Below are positions 57,929 to 63,902 of a stretch of DNA of 63,902 nucleotides, piece by piece. Source of the stretch: Planctomycetota bacterium (GTDB lineage Bacteria > Planctomycetota > MHYJ01 > WSZJ01); NCBI GenBank assembly GCA_038060895.1, contig JBBTCT010000042.1:1-63902 (forward strand). Direction: 5' to 3'. Position numbers and translations under genes: made by a program. Within the stretch, counting starts at the first letter, position 1, and each line of letters starts with the position of its first letter. The notes below the pieces were generated by a model. It had not been told where the DNA came from. It saw only the letters and a list, made by a program, of their open reading frames with translations, and made no database searches.

Positions 57929-58206
57929 GCTGGCGGAGGCTGCGGAGGCTGCGGAGGCTGGCGGAGGCTGAGTGACTCGGGGGGCGGGAGATCGTGGAGC
58001 GTCAGGGTTGATTGTGGAGGTTCGCTTTTCCGGGAGGTGCCTCGTGCCTCGTGTCTCGTGCCTGGTGTCTCGCGTGAAAAGTCGCACAAGGCACTAGGCA
58101 CAAGGCACTAGGCACGCCTTCATGACCTCCTGAACCGGCTAAACGTTCCATTATTGATTGAGGTCAACAATTCAATTGCAGGAGGTCGTTAGCCTCCGCC
58201 AGCCTC
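57929..58206. repeat. Nested short-tandem-repeat intergenic region
   Basis: GCGGAGGCT x4 with an inverted copy at 58191-58205; GTGYCTS x5 (58037-58071) inverted to GCACWAG x4 (58084-58115). Confidence 0.8.
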
Positions 58207-59886
58207 TCACTTCCTCGGACTCGGCCCGTTCGCGACTTCGTCCAGGAACACGAGGCACACCAATGTGATCAGCTTCATCTTGGCCACGTTCGCCTTGTCC
58301 GGCGTGTCCTTCGCCGTGTGGTAGTCGCCGTGGTTGCCGCCGAAGAAGAAGACGCCAGGGACCCCCTTCTCCATCAGGGACCACTGGTCGCTTCGCTGGA
58401 TGTACTGGTCCATCCCGTCGGTGTCCATCGTGAGCGCGTAGCGCTGGCTGATGGTCTTGAGGACCTCGTCGATGCGCGCGTTCCGGCCGATGCCGCCGAC
58501 GAAGATGCTCGACGGCTTGTTGCGGCTGATCATGTCCATGTTGAGGATCGCGACGATCTTGTCCATGGGGACGGTCGGGTTGTTGGCGAAGGCCTTGGAG
58601 CCGAGCAGGCCGGCTTCTTCGCCGTCGAAGTTGATGAGCAAGAGGCTGCGTTTGGTCTTGAGGGGTTGAAGAGCGAACGCCAGTTCCATCAGGCCTGAAG
58701 TGCCGCTTCCGTTGTCGTCGGAGCCGGGGTGGATCTTGCCGGGGCCGTCGAGGGCGTCCTGGGCGGTGCCCATGCCGATGTGGTCGTAGTGGGCGGAGAG
58801 GATGACGTATTCGTTCTTGAGCTCGGGGTCCTCGCCTTCCTTCATGGCGATGATGTTTTTCTGGCCGCCGAGGACGGGAGGGTGGACGGAGAGGCGCATC
58901 TCGCCGGGGCAGTTGAGGGCGATGCTGCTGGGTTTTCCGGTCTCGTCGATCTTCTTCTGGAAGCCCGTGAATTCCTTGCGGCCACACGCCGCCGCGAGCA
59001 GGGCGACGGATTCGTCGGAGAGATAGGCGACGGGAAGGCCGGCCTTTTCGCCGTCGGGCGGCCACGCGAGCTCGTCGTCCTTCGGCGGGCCGGTCTCGCC
59101 GGGGTGGTTGGCCGTGTCGCGCATCACAAGCAGCCCGGCTGCGCCGTGCTCATTCGCGATGCGCGCCTTCGTCGCGATATCGGAGTACTTCGTCGGCTTG
59201 GCGCCATCGAAAGGGCTCGCGTCGTTCGTTTCCTGCGGCTCGTGGTCGAAGACCAGGACGATCTTGCCTTCGACCTTGAGGCCGGCGTAGTCGTCGTACT
59301 TCAGGTCCTTCGCGGTGATCCCGAACCCCGCGAACACAATGTCGCCGGTCACGAGGCCCGCCTCCGCGCACTTCGCGGGCCAGAAGCCCTCCTGGTACCC
59401 GAACGTCGCGAGCTTCTTGTCCTTTCCGACCTTCACGTGGCAGGCGTCCTTGAGCGTCCCCGTCTTCCCGATGGTGCCCCACGGGTAGAAGTACCCCTGC
59501 GTGCCCTTGGGGACCATCCCGCACTTCTCGTAGTGCGCGACGATGTACTGCGCCGCGGCGTCCGCGCCGGGTGAATCGGTGTCGCGCCCTCCGCGCGCCG
59601 GGTCCGCGAGCCAGAAGACGTGCTCGCGAAGCGTTTTTTCATCGACGCGCTTGATGGCCGCGATGAGGTCGGGGCGGCGGCGGGGGTCTTCGGGTTCGGA
59701 AGAGACGCGGCCGAGGAAGAGAACGGCGGCCAGGCAAAGGTAAGTGAGTTTTTTCGCAGTCGCGACTCGCGAGTTTGTCGGCGCCCTTCGACTCGCCCTT
59801 CGGGCTCGCTCAGGGTAAGCCGTGCGGAAAGGGCGCACGGTTTCCGAACGCGATTCATCCGCACGGCTTGAAAGCGATCGGGACAT
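58207..59886 (-). CDS. M28-family metallopeptidase with PA domain
   Basis: VFAGFGI..YDDY, SAHYDHIG, GSDDNGSG, GEEAGLLGS, NMDMI, SDQ, DYH..DT. Confidence 0.9.
   Translation of the reverse strand: MSRSLSSRADESRSETVRPFRTAYPERARRASRRAPTNSRVATAKKLTYLCLAAVLFLGRVSSEPEDPRRRPDLIAAIKRVDEKTLREHVFWLADPARGGRDTDSPGADAAAQYIVAHYEKCGMVPKGTQGYFYPWGTIGKTGTLKDACHVKVGKDKKLATFGYQEGFWPAKCAEAGLVTGDIVFAGFGITAKDLKYDDYAGLKVEGKIVLVFDHEPQETNDASPFDGAKPTKYSDIATKARIANEHGAAGLLVMRDTANHPGETGPPKDDELAWPPDGEKAGLPVAYLSDESVALLAAACGRKEFTGFQKKIDETGKPSSIALNCPGEMRLSVHPPVLGGQKNIIAMKEGEDPELKNEYVILSAHYDHIGMGTAQDALDGPGKIHPGSDDNGSGTSGLMELAFALQPLKTKRSLLLINFDGEEAGLLGSKAFANNPTVPMDKIVAILNMDMISRNKPSSIFVGGIGRNARIDEVLKTISQRYALTMDTDGMDQYIQRSDQWSLMEKGVPGVFFFGGNHGDYHTAKDTPDKANVAKMKLITLVCLVFLDEVANGPSPRK
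59784..59815. repeat. REP-like palindromic element CCCTTCGAC..GCTCAGGG
   Basis: CCCTTCGACTCGCCCTTCGGGCTCGCTCAGGG with an inner GCCC-TTC-GGGC hairpin. Confidence 0.55.
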
Positions 59887-60045
59887 CGCGGGCTCCGGCG
59901 TTGGAGGTGATGGAAGGATAGCTTGAGCATGGGGGTGGGGCGAGGAGGAATGATGGGGAATCATGCGCGGCATTGTGTGGGATTCCACCGGGGGAAACAG
60001 GCCCGGGAGTCCCGGGGCGGCGCGGGATTCGCGTACCATCCGCCG

Positions 60046-61923
60046 ATGGCCGAACCCAAGTCGGGGAGCCCTGATCTCAAGAAGCCCCTTTTCACCAAGG
60101 AGTCCTGGATCGCCATCGGGGCGGTCGTGGGGATCGCGGTCCACCTGGCTCTGCGATTCGGGTTCGATCGTCCGGAGGACGTGACGCGCTGGCCGCTCTT
60201 TGTGGTGTGCGCGATATCGGCCCCGCTGGTCATCGAACTCCTCTTCAAGATGTTCAAGGGCGACTTCGGGTCCGACCTGCTGGCGGGCATCTCGATCGTG
60301 GCCTCGGTTTTCCTCCACGAGCACCTCGCCGGCGCGTTCGTCGTCCTCATGCTCTCGGGCGGCGCGGCGCTCGAGCGGTACGCCGTTGCGCGGGCGTCGT
60401 CGGTGCTGCGGGCTCTGGCGGGGCGAATGCCGTCCGTGGCGCACAAGCGGACGGACGGAAAAGTTGCGGACGTGCCGGCGGAGAGCATCGAGCCCGGCGA
60501 CGTCGTCGTGATTCACCCGCACGAGGCCTGCCCCGTGGACGGCGTCGTCCTTGAAGGGCGCAGCACGATGGACGAGTCCTACCTCACGGGCGAGCCCTTC
60601 CTGATCCGCAAGGCGCCGGGCGCGGAGACGCTGTCGGGCGCCGTGAACGGGGAAGCGTCGCTCGCGGTCCGCGCGGTCCGGAAGGCGGTGGACTCGCGGT
60701 TCGCGCGGATCACGCGCGTCATGCGCGAGACGGAGCAGCGCCGGCCGAAGCTGCGCCGGCTCGGCGACAAGCTCGGCGCCGTCTACACCCCCGTCGCCCT
60801 CGTCATCGCCGCCGCCGCCGCAATCCTCTCCCACGACCCGTCGCGCTTCCTCGCCGTGCTCGTCGTCGCCACGCCATGCCCGCTCCTCATCGCGATTCCT
60901 GTCGCGATCCTCGGCGGCATTTCGCTCGCCGCGCGGCGCGGCATCGTCGTGCGCGACCCGGCGGTCATGGAACGGGTCGATTCCGTGAAGACGCTGATCT
61001 TCGACAAGACCGGGACGCTGACGTACGGCGCTCCGAAACTGACGGAACAGGTCGTCGCGCCCGGAATCGACGGGGGAGAAGTCCTCAAGGGCGTCGCTGC
61101 CCTCGAACGCGCTTCACGCCACCCGCTGGCTTCGGCGATCCTCGACGCGGCGAGGGAAGCGGGGATCGTGGTGCCCGACGCGGACGAAATCTCCGAGAAG
61201 CCGGGGGAGGGGCTGCGCGGCCGCATCGCGGACCACGAATTCCAGGTCACCGGCCGCGGGCCGTTGACGAAAGCGGACCCCGCAGCGGCGGCGCAGATTC
61301 CGCCCGCCACGCACGGGCTCGAGTGCGTCGTGATGATGGATGGTCGGTTCGCCGCGCTGTACCGCTTCCATGACGCGCCCCGGGATGACTCGAAGCCGTT
61401 TGTGAGGCACCTGGGGAAGCGCCACGGGGTGACGCGGACGCTGCTGGTGTCGGGGGACCGTGAGGAGGAAGTTGCGTGGCTCGCGAAGCAGGTCGGGATC
61501 ACCGAGGTGTACGCGGGAAAGTCGCCGGAGGAGAAAGTCGCGATCGTGAAGGCGGAGACGGCGAAGGCTCCGACGATGTTCCTGGGTGACGGGATCAACG
61601 ACGCGCCGGCGCTGCTGGCTGCGACGGTCGGCGTGGCCTTCGGGCAGCGGAGCGACGTGACGGCGGAAGCGGCCGGCGCGGTGATCATGGACGCGTCGCT
61701 GGCGAAGGTGGACGAGTTCCTGCACCTGTGCGGGCGGATGAGGCGGATTGCGCTGCAGAGCGCGGTGGGGGGGATGCTGCTTTCGGTCGGCGGGATGGGG
61801 TTTGCGGCGTTCGGGATGCTGACGCCGGTGGCGGGGGCGATTGCGCAGGAGATCATTGATCTGCTGGCGGTGCTCAATGCGCTGAGGGCGGCGGCGAAGC
61901 CGAAGGAACTCACGGATTTCTAG
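60046..61923 (+). CDS. Heavy-metal P1B-type ATPase (PCP motif, P1B-5-like)
   Basis: DES.LTGEP, VATPCPL, FDKTGTLT, SRHPLA, GDGINDAPAL, QEIID. Confidence 0.93.
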   Translation: MAEPKSGSPDLKKPLFTKESWIAIGAVVGIAVHLALRFGFDRPEDVTRWPLFVVCAISAPLVIELLFKMFKGDFGSDLLAGISIVASVFLHEHLAGAFVVLMLSGGAALERYAVARASSVLRALAGRMPSVAHKRTDGKVADVPAESIEPGDVVVIHPHEACPVDGVVLEGRSTMDESYLTGEPFLIRKAPGAETLSGAVNGEASLAVRAVRKAVDSRFARITRVMRETEQRRPKLRRLGDKLGAVYTPVALVIAAAAAILSHDPSRFLAVLVVATPCPLLIAIPVAILGGISLAARRGIVVRDPAVMERVDSVKTLIFDKTGTLTYGAPKLTEQVVAPGIDGGEVLKGVAALERASRHPLASAILDAAREAGIVVPDADEISEKPGEGLRGRIADHEFQVTGRGPLTKADPAAAAQIPPATHGLECVVMMDGRFAALYRFHDAPRDDSKPFVRHLGKRHGVTRTLLVSGDREEEVAWLAKQVGITEVYAGKSPEEKVAIVKAETAKAPTMFLGDGINDAPALLAATVGVAFGQRSDVTAEAAGAVIMDASLAKVDEFLHLCGRMRRIALQSAVGGMLLSVGGMGFAAFGMLTPVAGAIAQEIIDLLAVLNALRAAAKPKELTDF

Positions 61924-61934
61924 CCGGGGGGTCT

Positions 61935-62057
61935 TATCCGCGGCCCTTTCCGCGAAATCCGGCCGTTATCCGCGAATTCCTTTCTTCTTTTTTTCCTGAA
62001 AAGGACAACAAAGGAATTCGCGGATAAAGGAGGATTTCGCGGAAACAGCCGCGGATA
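61935..62057. repeat. 123-bp three-block imperfect palindrome
   Basis: TATCCGCGGC / TTTCCGCGAAATCC / TTATCCGCGAATTCCTTT each mirrored on the right arm. Confidence 0.85.
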
Positions 62058-62091
62058 CGACCCACGCCCCTCCTGTTACCATCCTCTCCCC

Positions 62092-63807
62092 ATGAAAAAA
62101 CTCACCCCGCTCTTCCTGCTCCTCGCCCTCCCCGCCTCCGCCGAACCCTCCGTCAAAGTCAAAGACGGCTACGCTTCCGGCGTCTTCTACGGCTGGTCCG
62201 TTGTCAGCGACATGTGGGGGAACGCGCGCAAAGCCGTCTGGACCCTGCGCTCGGACGGCGTGCTCATGTGGGGCTCGCCGGACGGCCCGCACGAAGAATT
62301 CGACGGCCGCGCGCTCACCGCCGCCGAGAAGGAGAACGGCACGGCGACCTACGTGATCGAGGGCGCCGAATTCAGATTCAAGTACCGCGACGGCACCGAC
62401 GGCAAAGGCAAGATCACCTACGCCGAGGACGGCGGCATCAAGCTCATCGAGGCCGCCGCGCTTCGCTTCAATCCCGTCATGCCCCTCAAATTCGCGCTCG
62501 CCGGGAATTTCGAATGCACCACGACGGTCAACAACGCCGCCTACGGAATTTCGACGACCGCCTGGAAGAGCTTCTCCTTTTACCCCAACGGCACTTTCGT
62601 CATGGAATCCGGCGCTGGGTCAACGTGCACGCAGATCGAGACGTTCGATTCGATCGAGCGCGAGGTCACGAAGGTTTACGGGGGCGAGGCCAAGAACCGG
62701 ATGGGGCGGTTCGAGGTCAAGGGCACCGGGCTCACGCTCAAGTTCGTCGATGGCCACACGGAGAACCGCTACATCGGCCAGATGTGGGACGTGGACAAAG
62801 ACGGCAGGGTGTTCCTCCTGATCGGCCGGAACCAGTTCGACGGGACTGTCGGAAAGTTCCCGGGGCAGCCCGCCGCGCCCGTCAAGGTCGCTCCTCCGGA
62901 AATCCAGACGTGCAAGGCGGACCAGTTCGAAGTGCGCCTGCCCGCCGGCTGGACCGATTCGAAGCAGGAACTGAAGGGGCTCGAGGTCCACACGCTCGTT
63001 CCGGGGGACGCCTCCGCCGGTCTCGCGATCCTCGCGATCGGAATGGACGTGGACTCCGCCACGAGCGTGAAGGCGGACGGCGCGGAGAAGCAACTCCGGG
63101 ACGCGGTCGCGACCTTCGTGGGCCAGAAGCTGGATCCGGCGGGGGAGATCGACGAATTCGAGATCGACGGGGCACCCGCGGTGCGGATTCCGAGCACGTT
63201 CGTCCGCGACGGCACCAAGCTGCGCGCCGACGCCCTGTACGCCGTCAGGAGCGGCCGCGCTCTCTTCCTCGTCGCCCTGGGAACGATGGAAGGCGCGGCG
63301 AAGTTCGCGCCCGACCTCGGGGCCATCCTCACGGCCGCGCGGTTCGCGGTCGACGAGACGAAGGACGCTTCCACGGACGACTTCAAGGTGAAGGTGCCGA
63401 AATCCTGGAAGGCAACGCCGGGGAAGGACGTCGGCTCGACGACGCTCGCGCTCGCGCCGAAGGGCGTGGATTCCGCGGAGTTCTTCGCGGCCATTGTCGC
63501 GCAGGCCACGGAGTTCAAGTCCGCGCGCGAAAAGAAGGCGTTGACCTGGCTGCGGAAGCAGGTGACCGATGCGGTCCCCGGCGTTGAAAAGCACGGGGTG
63601 GTTGAGAAACTCAACGTTGACGGCGAGCCTGCCGTCGGCCTGACGTATGCCGGGACGAAAGAGGACGGGACCGTGGCCGTGATGCACCTTTACGCAGTGA
63701 TCAAGAATGGGAAGGTCGTGCTGTTGTTCATGGGAGGAAAGCAGGCGAGCGTCGAGAAGTACTCGGGGGCAGCGCGGCGCGCGTTCGAGTCGCTCAGGGT
63801 CGAGTAG
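62092..63807 (+). CDS. Secreted multidomain hypothetical protein (two PsbP/DcrB-like C-terminal repeats)
   Basis: Signal peptide; repeated F.V..P..W ... DG.PAV ... YAV motifs. Confidence 0.75.
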   Translation: MKKLTPLFLLLALPASAEPSVKVKDGYASGVFYGWSVVSDMWGNARKAVWTLRSDGVLMWGSPDGPHEEFDGRALTAAEKENGTATYVIEGAEFRFKYRDGTDGKGKITYAEDGGIKLIEAAALRFNPVMPLKFALAGNFECTTTVNNAAYGISTTAWKSFSFYPNGTFVMESGAGSTCTQIETFDSIEREVTKVYGGEAKNRMGRFEVKGTGLTLKFVDGHTENRYIGQMWDVDKDGRVFLLIGRNQFDGTVGKFPGQPAAPVKVAPPEIQTCKADQFEVRLPAGWTDSKQELKGLEVHTLVPGDASAGLAILAIGMDVDSATSVKADGAEKQLRDAVATFVGQKLDPAGEIDEFEIDGAPAVRIPSTFVRDGTKLRADALYAVRSGRALFLVALGTMEGAAKFAPDLGAILTAARFAVDETKDASTDDFKVKVPKSWKATPGKDVGSTTLALAPKGVDSAEFFAAIVAQATEFKSAREKKALTWLRKQVTDAVPGVEKHGVVEKLNVDGEPAVGLTYAGTKEDGTVAVMHLYAVIKNGKVVLLFMGGKQASVEKYSGAARRAFESLRVE

Positions 63808-63827
63808 GCGCCCACTTCGCGGAAACT

Positions 63828-63857
63828 GACAACTTCAACTTTCAAGTTTCAACTTCC
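63828..63857 (+). repeat. Second copy of the GACAACTTCAA repeat family
   Basis: The 11-mer is the reverse complement of 50494-50504 and is followed by similar TCAA units. Confidence 0.6.
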
Positions 63858-63902
63858 ATGAGAAGGCCCTCCCGATCAAGGGCGAATTAGAGAGTGCGTG
63901 GA

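Noticed and set aside
59887-60834. N-terminal 316 aa of the 875-aa track ORF
   Set aside because: Mostly antisense to the P1B-ATPase gene; the M28 gene more plausibly starts at 59886.

Overview
High-GC bacterial chromosomal segment. The gene content (Hanks-type Ser/Thr kinases with FGE-sulfatase or WD40 domains, prenyltransferase-repeat, HEAT-repeat and DUF1570-like secreted proteins, an ECF/anti-sigma pair) suggests Planctomycetota; this is an inference. It carries housekeeping genes (ffh, murA, prmC, prfA, rpmE, gcvP, dinB), an arsenic operon (arsR-arsC-arsM-MIP channel), a MazEF toxin-antitoxin pair and many secreted or membrane proteins. The main signal missed by the ORF track is four genes split by a single in-frame TGA at a conserved Cys position, each followed by a SECIS-like hairpin. 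Three are recognised selenoprotein types: MsrA (GUFWG), a deiodinase-like protein (FGSFTUPPF) and an exported thioredoxin (UPPC). The fourth is a BNR/sialidase-like beta-propeller (GQUVHK) paired with a MoaD/ThiS-like carrier, which may be an undescribed selenoprotein system. Also seen: at least 8 apparently leaderless genes (TAnnnT 6-7 nt before the start codon), a probable CTG start for prmC, and several families of intergenic repeats and palindromes. I recognised no tRNA, rRNA, CRISPR array, transposase or sel machinery gene.
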